64,000 bases of DNA. Origin: Deltaproteobacteria bacterium (lineage in GTDB: Bacteria; Desulfobacterota_D; UBA1144; Nemesobacterales; CSP1-2). The stretch spans positions 1-64,000 of the forward strand of contig JBQTHB010000002.1 in the NCBI GenBank assembly GCA_052390235.1, written 5' to 3'. Below the pieces are notes generated by a model, which was given only the letters and a program-made list of their open reading frames with translations, did no database searches and was not told where the DNA came from. A program made the translations under genes and the position numbers. Positions 50,685 to 60,625 of this stretch are shown here, piece after piece (the first letter of the stretch is position 1; every line of letters starts with the position of its first letter).

Positions 50685-51842
50685 TTGAAACCCAAAATCC
50701 TGTACATTCACGGCGGCGGCGACGCCATAGGCGGCATTGAGACCTATCTTGCCCGCTCGCTTAAATATCACTCCTCTGTAGAGCCATATCTAGCCGTGGT
50801 GAGGCGTGGCAGAGTGTTCGACTATATGAGGGATTCGGGCTTCGGCAACCTATTTGACCTTGAGGGCGGGAGGCTTCGGGACGGCATCAAATTTATAAAA
50901 GCCCTGTACCGAGCGCGCCAAATCGTCCGCCGCGAGGGGATAGCTCTCATCGCCGCTCATGGCCCTCACTCGTGGATTTTCGCGGGAGCAACAGCAAAAA
51001 TTTGCGGATTGAAGAGCCTCTATTATGTCCAAGGCGAGATTAAAAAAGAGGATTTCAGGCATCCCGTCTCCGGGTTAAGCCTCATGCTCAAGCCCGATGT
51101 CTATGTGGCAAACTCCCAGTTCACCGCCAAAACCATAATGGCGCACATCCCCAAAGCCCGGGTAGCGGTCAACTGCCTAGCCTCAGATATTCACGAATTC
51201 GACTGCATTGACGAAGCGGCGGCGAGGGCGCGTCTCAGAGCCGAATTCAACATTGCCGAGGATAAATTTATCTTCTGCGTAACCGGTAGAATTCAGGCGT
51301 GGAAGGGGCAGGACACCGCAATTGCCGCCTTCAAAGATATGCGGATGAGACCCAGGGCGGCGCTCCTAGTCGTAGGGGACTGCACGTTTGCGAGCGATGA
51401 GCCATTTTACGAGAGGCTCAAATTGCTCTCAGGGGGCGACCGCTCTATAATATTCACCGGTTTTCGCCGCGACGTTCCATTTATCATGAAAGCCTCGGAC
51501 GCCGTGCTTCACACCTCGAGAGAGGCTGAGCCATTCGGGATAGTGGTCGTCGAGGGGATGATGGCGAAAAAGCCCGTTATCGCCACGGCTCACGGGGGAC
51601 CAGAGGAGATAATCGAGCGCGGCAGGAGCGGTTTTCTATTCCCGCCGGAGGATTTCGCGCAACTCGCCCGAATTATGGACTCCCTCGTAGAGAACGGCGA
51701 TTTATGCTGCGAGGTATCGGCGAGGGCTTATGAGAGGGCTAAGGCGAAATTCTCGATGGAGGCGTCGGTCGGCAGGCTTGAGAGAATAATGCGCGATACT
51801 CTGGGATGCGAGATGCTGGATGGCGATAATCGAGACACTTAG
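50685..51842 (+). CDS. Glycosyltransferase family 4
   Basis: GGIE, GRIQAWKGQ, GFRRDV, EPFGIVVVEGM; TTG start at 50685 (the longer ORF extends into the repeat). Confidence 0.88.
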   Translation: MKPKILYIHGGGDAIGGIETYLARSLKYHSSVEPYLAVVRRGRVFDYMRDSGFGNLFDLEGGRLRDGIKFIKALYRARQIVRREGIALIAAHGPHSWIFAGATAKICGLKSLYYVQGEIKKEDFRHPVSGLSLMLKPDVYVANSQFTAKTIMAHIPKARVAVNCLASDIHEFDCIDEAAARARLRAEFNIAEDKFIFCVTGRIQAWKGQDTAIAAFKDMRMRPRAALLVVGDCTFASDEPFYERLKLLSGGDRSIIFTGFRRDVPFIMKASDAVLHTSREAEPFGIVVVEGMMAKKPVIATAHGGPEEIIERGRSGFLFPPEDFAQLARIMDSLVENGDLCCEVSARAYERAKAKFSMEASVGRLERIMRDTLGCEMLDGDNRDT

Positions 51843-51851
51843 GTAGCGGCA

Positions 51852-53309
51852 ATGAGAGAGTTCCTCCTCAGATATAGAGACATCATCGGCTTCGGCATCG
51901 TTGGCTTGGCTCTAGCCTACGTCCTAAAAACGTTTATAGGCGTAAAGTTTACGGTACTCCTCATGGGGGCGCTGGTGGCTGTGCCGGTTGCGGTGTTTTT
52001 GAGCTTGCAGAAGTGGCGGCTTCTTAGCTATTTTTTCTTCGTCTGGCTTCTCTTGGAGGGGGTATTCAGAAAGTGGGTTCTGCCGGAGATGGCTACGGCG
52101 CTTTTTTTCGTGAAGCACCTCTTGCTCGCAGGGCCATATTTCTATATGTTCACGAGGGGAATAAAGGTTTCGAGGGCATATTATCCGTTCTTGGGGATAG
52201 TTCTGGCCTATGTGCTATGGGGGGCGCTTGAGTCTCTCAATTTCCGCGTTACGACGAATTTCAGGGTTCAAGCCCTTGGGTTTATTACCCATTTCTATTT
52301 CGTGCCTCTCATATTCTTGATACCGATGCTACTGGACTCGCAGGAGCGGATACTGCGATTCCTCAAGATGATTCCCTATCTGTCAATCCCCGTGTTTATG
52401 CTCGGCGTGGTTCAGTACTACTCTCCAAGCACGAGCGCGATAAATAAATACGTTGACAAAGACGCCCACGTAGCCGGCATAGGGGAATTCGTGCGAATCA
52501 CGGGCGTTTTCTCCTATATCAGCCCTTTCAATACCTACATTGGCATCTCGATTGCGCTGATTCTATACCTCATCGTCATCGTAAGGGGGGTCAACAAGCG
52601 GGAGACTCTGGTCATATACATCGCTTTCGCCCTTGGGATGGCAAATCTCTTTATGACGGGTTCTCGCGGGGCTGTTGCGGCGTTTATCCTCCAAGCCGCG
52701 CCGTTTTTGTTCTTCGCCCTGAGGGGAAGGGTCAGAATCAGAAAAAAGGTCATAGCGCGCCTCCTGCTCGCGATGCCGCTTATGATAGCTCTGCTCATTT
52801 TTAGCGAGACGGGAAGCAGGGCGGTCGAGGCTTTTGTAGAACGAACCAGGAGTGTCAGCTCGGACGTCGTGCCGAGGATAATTGACAATTTCACCCCGTT
52901 TAAATTTCTGTCTGAGTCTGGCTTGGCGGGGTTCGGCATCGGCACGGCGTATCAGGGGGCGTTTAACTTGGTTGAGAACTGGAAAGATATGCCCCGCGAA
53001 TTTGAAGAGGAGTGGGAGAGGCTGGTTCTCGAACTCGGTTTGATAGGGTTTGTCATCATCATGGCGCTTCGGTTCTATATAATTTTTTATTCATTTAAAA
53101 TCTGGCGGAGGATAAAAACCTATGAGCTTAAGATTCTCGCCCTCACGATATTCCTACATCAGTGTCTGATTCTCACCGGGCTCAATATCGTCTATAATCC
53201 GCTCCAGAATATAATTTTCTGGTCTCTGGTGGGACTGCTGGTCGCCGTAGTCAGAATAAACAGAATCAATGAATTTGAAGCCCAACACTCTAGTGTCTCA
53301 TCCGGCTAG
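51852..53309 (+). CDS. Wzy polymerase / O-antigen ligase-like polytopic membrane protein
   Basis: About 12 TM helices, RITGVFSY, MTGSRG, GFGIG, ELGLIGF. Confidence 0.7.
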   Translation: MREFLLRYRDIIGFGIVGLALAYVLKTFIGVKFTVLLMGALVAVPVAVFLSLQKWRLLSYFFFVWLLLEGVFRKWVLPEMATALFFVKHLLLAGPYFYMFTRGIKVSRAYYPFLGIVLAYVLWGALESLNFRVTTNFRVQALGFITHFYFVPLIFLIPMLLDSQERILRFLKMIPYLSIPVFMLGVVQYYSPSTSAINKYVDKDAHVAGIGEFVRITGVFSYISPFNTYIGISIALILYLIVIVRGVNKRETLVIYIAFALGMANLFMTGSRGAVAAFILQAAPFLFFALRGRVRIRKKVIARLLLAMPLMIALLIFSETGSRAVEAFVERTRSVSSDVVPRIIDNFTPFKFLSESGLAGFGIGTAYQGAFNLVENWKDMPREFEEEWERLVLELGLIGFVIIMALRFYIIFYSFKIWRRIKTYELKILALTIFLHQCLILTGLNIVYNPLQNIIFWSLVGLLVAVVRINRINEFEAQHSSVSSG

Positions 53310-54519
53310 GCAGCACGCCCATGAGCTTGCCCACGCCCTCTACCAGGGGGGAATGCTCCAGAAATTCATAACCTCCATCTGGTATAAGCCCGGCAAATTT
53401 CCCTACTCTCTGCTCGACTCTCTCCCCGAAAGGGCGCGCCGCGGCGTGGAGCGGGAACTGAAGAAGCGCTACATCGAGGGCGTCCCTCCTCGGCTTGTCG
53501 AGCAGTTCCCTTATTTCGAGATTCTGCGCGAGGGGGCTGACCGGCTTCTTCGGGGCTATAAAAGCGACATCGGGCATTATATCGGCAATAGAATCCACGA
53601 CAGGCGCGTCGCCTCCCGAATTCCCGCGCTCAAACCCGATATTGTCATAGGCTACGAGATGGCATCGCTCCGAAGCTTCATCGAAGCAAAAAAAGCAGGC
53701 GCGGCGGCTGTGCTGGATCTCGCCCAGGTGCATTGGCGGTTCATCGAGGATTTAAGGGCGCAATATCCGCTCTACGCCGCGACGTTTGACCCGGAGGTCA
53801 TAGGGCGGATAAATGCCCTCAAAGAGCGGGAACTTCGCGAGGCGGATTTCATCATCACGCTCTCCGAATTGGTCAAGCAGAGTCTAATCAGCCGAGGATT
53901 CGCAGGGGATAAAATCTACACTGCCAACATGGGATTCGACCCGCGCCGCTTTACTCCGAAAAGCGATTACCCAGAGTCGGGAGCGTTTCAGATGCTCTAT
54001 GTTGGGGCGATAACGCTAAGAAAGGGGGTCGGGCTAATGCTCGAAGCCGTAAAGCGACTGAACCTCCCCGATGCCGAGCTTCTGCTGATAGGCGGCATGA
54101 CGCGGGACGGCGCAGATCTGCTGCGAAAATACCGCGGTCTATGCCGATACCTCCCCTACGCGACTCACGAGGAGCTTTCGCGCCGCTATCGGCAGGCTGA
54201 TGTTTTCCTCTTCCCGTCCTATCTCGATAGCTGGGGAATAGTCGTTCTCGAGGCTATGGCTTCGGGTATCCCCGTGATAGTTTCAGCGAACACGGGGGCA
54301 AAGGAAGCCGTGCGGGACGGCGAGAGCGGATTCATTATTCCCGTCGAGGACGCCTCGGCTCTGGCTGATAGGATTTCCTACTTCTACGACAATAGAGCCG
54401 AAGCCAGGCGCATGGGCGGCAATGCGGCATCAAGCGCGGGGAGCTACACTTGGGGCGCTTACGGGGCGAGGGTTCGTGAGATAATCCTGGAAATTGCGGC
54501 GCTGAGGGCTGAGAGATGA
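53269..54519 (+). CDS. Glycosyltransferase family 4
   Basis: YVGAITLRKG, FPSYLDSWGIVVLEAMASG. Confidence 0.9.
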   Translation: MNLKPNTLVSHPARQHAHELAHALYQGGMLQKFITSIWYKPGKFPYSLLDSLPERARRGVERELKKRYIEGVPPRLVEQFPYFEILREGADRLLRGYKSDIGHYIGNRIHDRRVASRIPALKPDIVIGYEMASLRSFIEAKKAGAAAVLDLAQVHWRFIEDLRAQYPLYAATFDPEVIGRINALKERELREADFIITLSELVKQSLISRGFAGDKIYTANMGFDPRRFTPKSDYPESGAFQMLYVGAITLRKGVGLMLEAVKRLNLPDAELLLIGGMTRDGADLLRKYRGLCRYLPYATHEELSRRYRQADVFLFPSYLDSWGIVVLEAMASGIPVIVSANTGAKEAVRDGESGFIIPVEDASALADRISYFYDNRAEARRMGGNAASSAGSYTWGAYGARVREIILEIAALRAER

Positions 54520-55628
54520 AAGTCGCTCTGATACGCAACGTTGAGGAGGCGAGGAGCCTCAGTATGCCCTTCTACGCAGACTCACTTCGGGACGCGCTTA
54601 GGGATTTGTGCGAAGTGCAGGACGCCCGGTTCCGTCCCGATTCCCTACACAGGCTAGCCTCTCTCGCAGGCGCGCGCGCTGGGGATTACGCGGGGCGATT
54701 TGTGAGCTTCCCGAAGCAGCTGCGCTCTCTTCGGGCGGATGTGTTTCACATTGCCGACCACTCAAACGCACATTTTATCCGCTCACTAGATGCCGAGGCG
54801 ACGGTTGTAACTTGCCACGATTTGATGCTCCTCAAGCTCGCCTCTGGCGAGATTCCCTCAAATGGCGCAGTCCCCCGAATTGCGCTTCGCGCTTTTAGCT
54901 GGAGCGTCGGGCATCTGTGCCGGGCGAGGGTCGTCCTGTGCGATTCGGAGTCAACCAAGCGGGACGTAATAAAATTTCTCGGATGCCCTGACGAGCGTCT
55001 CAAAGTTGCCTATATCGGGATTCACGAGGCATTCCGCCCTATTGGGGACGCCGCCCTCATCGCTTCTGCCCGCGCCCGCTTTGGCTTCGATTCGCCGCTA
55101 ACGGTGGTGCACGCGGGCAACTGCTCGTTTTATAAGAATTTAGAAGGGGTCATTAATGCGTTCTCGCTTCTGCCGCCGGGGATTCGCGCTAGGGCAAGGC
55201 TCGTGAAGGTCGGCGCTGATTTTTCCCCTGAGCAGTGGAGGCTGATTCAAAGGCGCGGTATTGCCCAGAGGGTGAGCTACTTGGGCAGGCTCTCTGTGCC
55301 GGATTTAGCCCTAGCCTACGGCTCTGCGGGAATACTGCTCTTTCCCTCTTTATATGAGGGGTTCGGCTGGCCCCCGCTGGAGGCTATGGCTTGCGGCCTG
55401 CCGGTCGTCTGCTCGGACAGAGGCTCTCTGGGGGAAGTAGTAGGGGACGCGGCGGCGATAGTTGACCCAGACAGTCCCGAATCCATCGCCGAGGGGGTTC
55501 GCATCGCCTTAGATGACGACGAATTCAGGCGGGGGCTCATTGCCAGAGGCTTCGAGAGGGTGAAACTCTTTAGTTGGCACAGTGCCGCGAGGCAGGTTTT
55601 GGAGGCTTACCGAGAGTGCGTATCCTGA
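54516..55628 (+). CDS. Glycosyltransferase family 4 (WbaZ/MtfB-like)
   Basis: TCHDL, YKN, FPSLYEGFGWPPLEAMACG. Confidence 0.9.
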   Translation: MKVALIRNVEEARSLSMPFYADSLRDALRDLCEVQDARFRPDSLHRLASLAGARAGDYAGRFVSFPKQLRSLRADVFHIADHSNAHFIRSLDAEATVVTCHDLMLLKLASGEIPSNGAVPRIALRAFSWSVGHLCRARVVLCDSESTKRDVIKFLGCPDERLKVAYIGIHEAFRPIGDAALIASARARFGFDSPLTVVHAGNCSFYKNLEGVINAFSLLPPGIRARARLVKVGADFSPEQWRLIQRRGIAQRVSYLGRLSVPDLALAYGSAGILLFPSLYEGFGWPPLEAMACGLPVVCSDRGSLGEVVGDAAAIVDPDSPESIAEGVRIALDDDEFRRGLIARGFERVKLFSWHSAARQVLEAYRECVS

Positions 55629-56785
55629 TTTCCGTGCAGAATTATCACCCCGCCTATTCGTTTGGCGGCAGGGTGGTAAAATCCACAGCCGTCGCCGAGG
55701 GACTCGCAAAGCTCGGACACGAGGTCTCGGTCGTAACCTCAAGCGTTATTGACCGCGAGACAAAGCCCGCCTTTTTCACCCGCCGCGAGTCCGTAAACGG
55801 GGTATCGGTTATATATCTCGGCACGTGGCTCCGGTTCTCGCAGATTTCGCTGAACCCTTCTGCGCTTCGTTTTGCCCTCTCGGAGGTCAAAAAATACGAC
55901 GCCGTCTATATCGTGGGACTCTATGACGCCATCTCGCCGTTGGTAGCCCTTGCCGCCCGCAGAGCAAGAATCCCTTATATAGTCGAGCCGAGCGGAATGC
56001 TCATTCCCATTGTGAGGAGCCTGAGGCTCAAGCGCGCGTATCATAAAATCATCGGTTCATGGATGCTGAGAGACGCCCACGCCGTGTTCTATACGTCTCA
56101 AATCGAGCATGACGAGGCGGTAGGGTTCGGAATCGCTCCTGAGAAATTATTGCTCTCGCCGAACGGGATAAATTTAGGCGATTATAAATCCCTCCCCACG
56201 CGAGGCGCGTTCCGAAGGTGCTACGAGATACCCGAGGGGTCTTCTCTTGTTCTCTCGCTTGGGCGGATTGAGCAGAAAAAGAATCTGGAGGAGCTATTTC
56301 GCGCCGTCGCCGGGCTAAGGAGTCTCGATTTCTTTTTGGCGGTTGTGGGTCCATCGGAGTCCGAGGGGTACTTGAATAAATTGAAGCGTCTCGCCTCAGA
56401 GCTTCAAATTGAGCCGCGGGTTCGGTTTATTCCGACTCTACTGGGAGAGGAAAAACTCTCGGCTTACGTTGACGCGGACATATTCGCAATAGTTTCTATT
56501 AACGAAAATTGGGGGATTACCGCAACCGAGGCGATAGCCTGCGGTCTGCCGGTCGTGGTTACGGACACGTGCGGAGTCGCCGAGGTAGTTGAGGGGCGCG
56601 CGGGGCTTGTCGTAAAGCGGGACGCCGCCTCCATCCGCGAGGGAATCGAGAAACTGTCTGCGGACGACGGGCTTCGGGCAGAAATTAAGGCGCGTCTGCC
56701 AGAGGTAGCAGGCGGGCTGTCGTGGGATAGCAAGGTGTCTCAGTTGGCGCGGATATTCTCATTCCTGATAGCGATGCCGGATTAA
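55616..56785 (+). CDS. Glycosyltransferase family 4
   Basis: PNGI, LGRIEQKKN, ENWGITATEAIACG; GTG start at 55616. Confidence 0.9.
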   Translation: MRILISVQNYHPAYSFGGRVVKSTAVAEGLAKLGHEVSVVTSSVIDRETKPAFFTRRESVNGVSVIYLGTWLRFSQISLNPSALRFALSEVKKYDAVYIVGLYDAISPLVALAARRARIPYIVEPSGMLIPIVRSLRLKRAYHKIIGSWMLRDAHAVFYTSQIEHDEAVGFGIAPEKLLLSPNGINLGDYKSLPTRGAFRRCYEIPEGSSLVLSLGRIEQKKNLEELFRAVAGLRSLDFFLAVVGPSESEGYLNKLKRLASELQIEPRVRFIPTLLGEEKLSAYVDADIFAIVSINENWGITATEAIACGLPVVVTDTCGVAEVVEGRAGLVVKRDAASIREGIEKLSADDGLRAEIKARLPEVAGGLSWDSKVSQLARIFSFLIAMPD

Positions 56786-56801
56786 ACGATGTGCGGGGGA
56801 T

Positions 56802-57335
56802 GAGTGGGGCAATTCACGAGGGAGAGGTGGACGCTTCCTACCGAGCGGGATACTCGTATGTCATTCTCACGAAAGCGGGAATCCAGAGCTTGACTCCGCT
56901 CACTATGAAGAGAAATGCTCGGTATGAAGAGAAGTGGATTCCCGCTCAGATGACCTGCGGGAATGACAGACTCTCTGTGATTTCGCCCCTTCGCCCTCTG
57001 TTCTTTCGAGTCTCCCGTTGTCATTTCGATGGAGCGTGTTAGCGACTGAGAAATCTTATGGCGAGAAATCCTGAATAAGATTCCTCTCTGTGGTCGGAAT
57101 GACAGAGTTGATGCGTTCGGAATGACAGGAGCGAGAGGCTTGCGGAGTGGGGCAATTGACGCAGGGGAGGGAGCGCTTCCTACCGAGCGGGATACTCGTG
57201 TGTCATTCTCACGAAAGTGGGAATCCAGAGCTTGACTCCGCTCACTATGAAGAGAAATGCTCGGTATGAAGAGAAGTGGATTCCCGCTCAGATGATTTGC
57301 GGGAATGACAGAAGCGAGAGGCTTGCGGAGTGGGA
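56802..57335. repeat. Mosaic palindromic repeat cluster containing a 139-bp direct repeat
   Basis: 56832-56970 versus 57174-57312, 4 mismatches. Confidence 0.92.
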
Positions 57336-57465
57336 CGCTCCGGGTATTGTTGCGATGTAGTCAGTCTAAGCTAGAAAATCCGCTATAGCCGCTATAAAAT
57401 CAAAGAATGCGCCAAACTCAGGTTATATTATTCTCCGAGTCGAGTTAGATTAAGGGGATTGCCTA

Positions 57466-58461
57466 GTGTCTCAGCATCGCCGAGTAGCGCTTAAATCGAG
57501 CGGAGAAAACCTAGCCGCCGCCGTCCGTTCCGCGCTTATGGAGTCAGGGATTCTCTCTAGCATCAGCCGGACTTCGAGAGTAGCTCTGAAGCCAAATCTG
57601 ACCTATCCGTACTACAAAAAGGGGGTAACTACGTCCCCTGCGGTCATCCGCGAGACGGTCAAAATCCTGCGCGAATATACGGATTTCATCGCCATAGTTG
57701 AGTCCGACGGGGGCTACGGAGCCTGGGAAGCGCCGGAGGCGTTTCGGGGGCATAATCTGTATTCTCTGGCAGAGGAATATGGGGCAGAGGTCATAAACCT
57801 GTGCGCCGAGGGCGAGGAGCGAGAATTCATAGCTGTAAAGTCTCGTGGCTCGGAGTATCAAATCCCGCTGCCACGCCGACTTTTGAGGGAAACCGATTTG
57901 CTCATCACCATGCCCGTGCCGAAGATTCACTGCATGACGGGACTCACGCTCGGCTACAAGAATCAGTGGGGGTGCATCCCGGACAAAATGCGTCTCCGCT
58001 CTCACTTCGTCTTCAACGACGCTATTATCGCCATAAACCGCGCCCTGCGTCCGGCGGTGCTCGCAGACGGGACCTATTTTCTAGACCGAAATGGCCCGAT
58101 GGAAGGAGACCCCGTGCAGATGGATTTTATTATCGCCGCAACGGACGTCGGCTCGTTCGACAGGTACGCCTCTGAACTCATGGGCTGGAGTTGGCGCGAT
58201 GTGCCGCACCTAAGACGCGCCGTCGCCCTCGGGGATATGCCCGCAAATCTCGAGGAGATTGAATTCAACGTTCACCCGAAGCAGGCGTCGGGGCGGAAAT
58301 TCCGGCTTCAGCGCACCCCCCGAAATTATATTGCTCTGTCTGGCTTTCATAGCCGCTATCTCACGTGGTTTATGTATGAATCGTGGTTTGGCCGCGTTGT
58401 GCTTCATTCGATTTTTTACGCTATCGTGGGGAAACCCGTAAAGCCGAAGCCGGAGCAATAG
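57466..58461 (+). CDS. DUF362 domain protein (LarA N-domain-like)
   Basis: VALKPNL, TTSP, VES, PVPKIH..GLTLGYKNQWG, ADG..GPMEG, DVGSFD. Confidence 0.85.
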   Translation: MSQHRRVALKSSGENLAAAVRSALMESGILSSISRTSRVALKPNLTYPYYKKGVTTSPAVIRETVKILREYTDFIAIVESDGGYGAWEAPEAFRGHNLYSLAEEYGAEVINLCAEGEEREFIAVKSRGSEYQIPLPRRLLRETDLLITMPVPKIHCMTGLTLGYKNQWGCIPDKMRLRSHFVFNDAIIAINRALRPAVLADGTYFLDRNGPMEGDPVQMDFIIAATDVGSFDRYASELMGWSWRDVPHLRRAVALGDMPANLEEIEFNVHPKQASGRKFRLQRTPRNYIALSGFHSRYLTWFMYESWFGRVVLHSIFYAIVGKPVKPKPEQ

Positions 58462-58579
58462 GGCGAGTCCGGCGGCTGAGATGATACTGGATTCTCGCAT
58501 CAAATCTGCGTAAATTAGAGGACTTATGTCGGAGCTATGGCGGCGTCCGGCAAAATGCGCTTCGGAGGTTACAGTTCGG

Positions 58580-58819
58580 ATGAGATATTTAAAAGCGCTT
58601 TGGGAGTGGTGGAAGCCCCTAGCGAGAAAAATCGGCGATTTTCAGGCGCGGGTTATCCTCACGGTTTTTTATTTCGTATTTCTTTCTCCCTTCGCGCTTA
58701 TTGTCCGTTTTGCAACTGACCCCCTGGCGATAAAACCCAAAACGCCTCGGGGCTGGCTCCTCAGAGAAGATTCAGGCGCGCCTGAGGCTCAGAGGGCGAC
58801 GAAAATGTTTTCCCTTTAA
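58580..58819 (+). CDS. Small membrane protein, SxtJ-like
   Basis: W..LARKIG..QARVILTVFYF..PFALI.R..DPL...GW; directly precedes the carbamoyltransferase. Confidence 0.7.
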   Translation: MRYLKALWEWWKPLARKIGDFQARVILTVFYFVFLSPFALIVRFATDPLAIKPKTPRGWLLREDSGAPEAQRATKMFSL

Positions 58820-58836
58820 GGAGAGTTTCCCTACTG

Positions 58837-60612
58837 ATGAAAATACTCGGAATCTCATGCTATTTTCACGATGCTGCCGCCGCCCTGCTGGTTGACGGAC
58901 AGCTCGTTGCCGCCGCCGAAGAGGAGAGGTTCTCGCGCAAGAAGCACGACTACGAATTCCCGCAATTGGCAATTGATTTCTGCCTCAAAACGGCGGGGCT
59001 GAAACCATCCGACCTCGACTACGTGGTGTTTTTTGAAAAGCCGTTTGTTAAATTTGAACGTCTGCTCCTGTGCGCGATGCAGACCTTCCCGCGCTCCATT
59101 AAGCTGTTCCGCGAGGCTATGATAACCTGGCTTGGGGATAAGCTGTGGATAAAACACCTCCTTCAAAAAAAACTCGGCGTAGAGGAGTCTAAAATCCTCT
59201 TTTCAGAGCATCACCTCTCTCACGCCGCAAGCTCTTTTTACTGCTCCCCCTATGAAGAGGCGGCGATTCTCACCGTTGACGGCGTGGGCGAGTGGACTAC
59301 AGCCGCCATCGGTGTGGGCAGGGGCAATGAGATAAAGCTACTCAAAGAGATTCGGTTTCCGCATTCCCTTGGGCTTCTCTACAGCGCGTTTACGGCGTTT
59401 TTGGGGTTTGAGGTCAACGAGGGGGAATATAAAGTGATGGGAATGTCGCCGTTTGGCAAACCCAATTATGTGGATGAGGTGATGAAGCTCGTCCGAGTCC
59501 ATGACGACGGCGGGTTTGAACTCGATATGGACTATTTCTCGTTTCATTACTCCTCCGAAAAGACATTCAGCCGCAAATTCGAGGAACTCTTCGGCGAGCC
59601 TAGAGACCCGAAGTCCCTATTTTTCACCGGCGAGAGCGGATTTCCGGCGTATTTCGGACAGAAGCCCGTTGATTTTGACGAGCTTGCCCTGAGCAATCAG
59701 CGCTACGCCGATATTGCCGCGAGCATCCAAGCCGTAACCGAGGGGATTATGCTCAAAATGGCGCGCGAGGCTCGCCGCCTGACCGGTCTTACAGCGCTCT
59801 GCATGGCTGGAGGAGTCGCCCTAAACAGCGTTGCAAATGGGAAAATTCTCGCAGGCGGGGCATTTGACGAAATCTACATTCAGCCCGCCGCAGGAGACGG
59901 TGGGGCGGCTCTGGGCGCCGCTCTCTGGGCGTATCACTCCGTGCTGGGCAAACCCCGAAAATTCGTAATGCGCCATGCCTACTGGGGGGAGGAACACTCG
60001 GACTCTGAAATTGAGCAATTTCTCGCGGAGAATAAGATTGCTTATGAGAGGCTCGACGACGAGGGGATTATCCAAAGCGTCGCCGAGAGAATTAGCCGAG
60101 GGAAGGTCATAGGCTGGTTTCAGGGGCGATTTGAGTGGGGGCCCCGGGCCCTTGGCGCAAGGAGCATCCTCGCCGACCCGCGCCGTGCCGATATGAAGGA
60201 CATCGTCAATACGAAAATTAAATTCCGTGAGCCGTACCGCCCGTTTGCCCCTTCTGTGCTTGCTGAAAGGGCAGGGGAATTTTTTGATTTCCCTGAGCCT
60301 GCGCGCCACTTCCCAGCGCGATTCATGCTCTATGTAGTGAATGTAAAAGAGGATAAAAGGGCGCTTCTTCCCGCCATAACGCACGTTGACGGAACGGGTA
60401 GGCTTCAGACCGTGGACAAGGCGGCGTCCCCTCGATATTACCGCCTCATTGAGCGGTTCGGCGAGCTTACGGGCGTGCCAGTGGTGCTGAACACCTCGTT
60501 TAATCTGCGCGGAGAGCCGATAGTGAACACTCCGGCAGAGGCTTACAGCACATTCATGAGGAGCGAGATGGACGTGCTGGCGCTGGGGAATTATCTAGTG
60601 GAGAAGGTCTAA
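58837..60612 (+). CDS. NodU/CmcH family O-carbamoyltransferase
   Basis: ILGIS..HDAAA, EEERF.RKKH, HHLSHA, DGVGE, GGVALN, GPRALGARS, RPFAP, THVDG, NTSFN. Confidence 0.95.
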   Translation: MKILGISCYFHDAAAALLVDGQLVAAAEEERFSRKKHDYEFPQLAIDFCLKTAGLKPSDLDYVVFFEKPFVKFERLLLCAMQTFPRSIKLFREAMITWLGDKLWIKHLLQKKLGVEESKILFSEHHLSHAASSFYCSPYEEAAILTVDGVGEWTTAAIGVGRGNEIKLLKEIRFPHSLGLLYSAFTAFLGFEVNEGEYKVMGMSPFGKPNYVDEVMKLVRVHDDGGFELDMDYFSFHYSSEKTFSRKFEELFGEPRDPKSLFFTGESGFPAYFGQKPVDFDELALSNQRYADIAASIQAVTEGIMLKMAREARRLTGLTALCMAGGVALNSVANGKILAGGAFDEIYIQPAAGDGGAALGAALWAYHSVLGKPRKFVMRHAYWGEEHSDSEIEQFLAENKIAYERLDDEGIIQSVAERISRGKVIGWFQGRFEWGPRALGARSILADPRRADMKDIVNTKIKFREPYRPFAPSVLAERAGEFFDFPEPARHFPARFMLYVVNVKEDKRALLPAITHVDGTGRLQTVDKAASPRYYRLIERFGELTGVPVVLNTSFNLRGEPIVNTPAEAYSTFMRSEMDVLALGNYLVEKV

Positions 60613-60625
60613 TACAGTGGATTTC

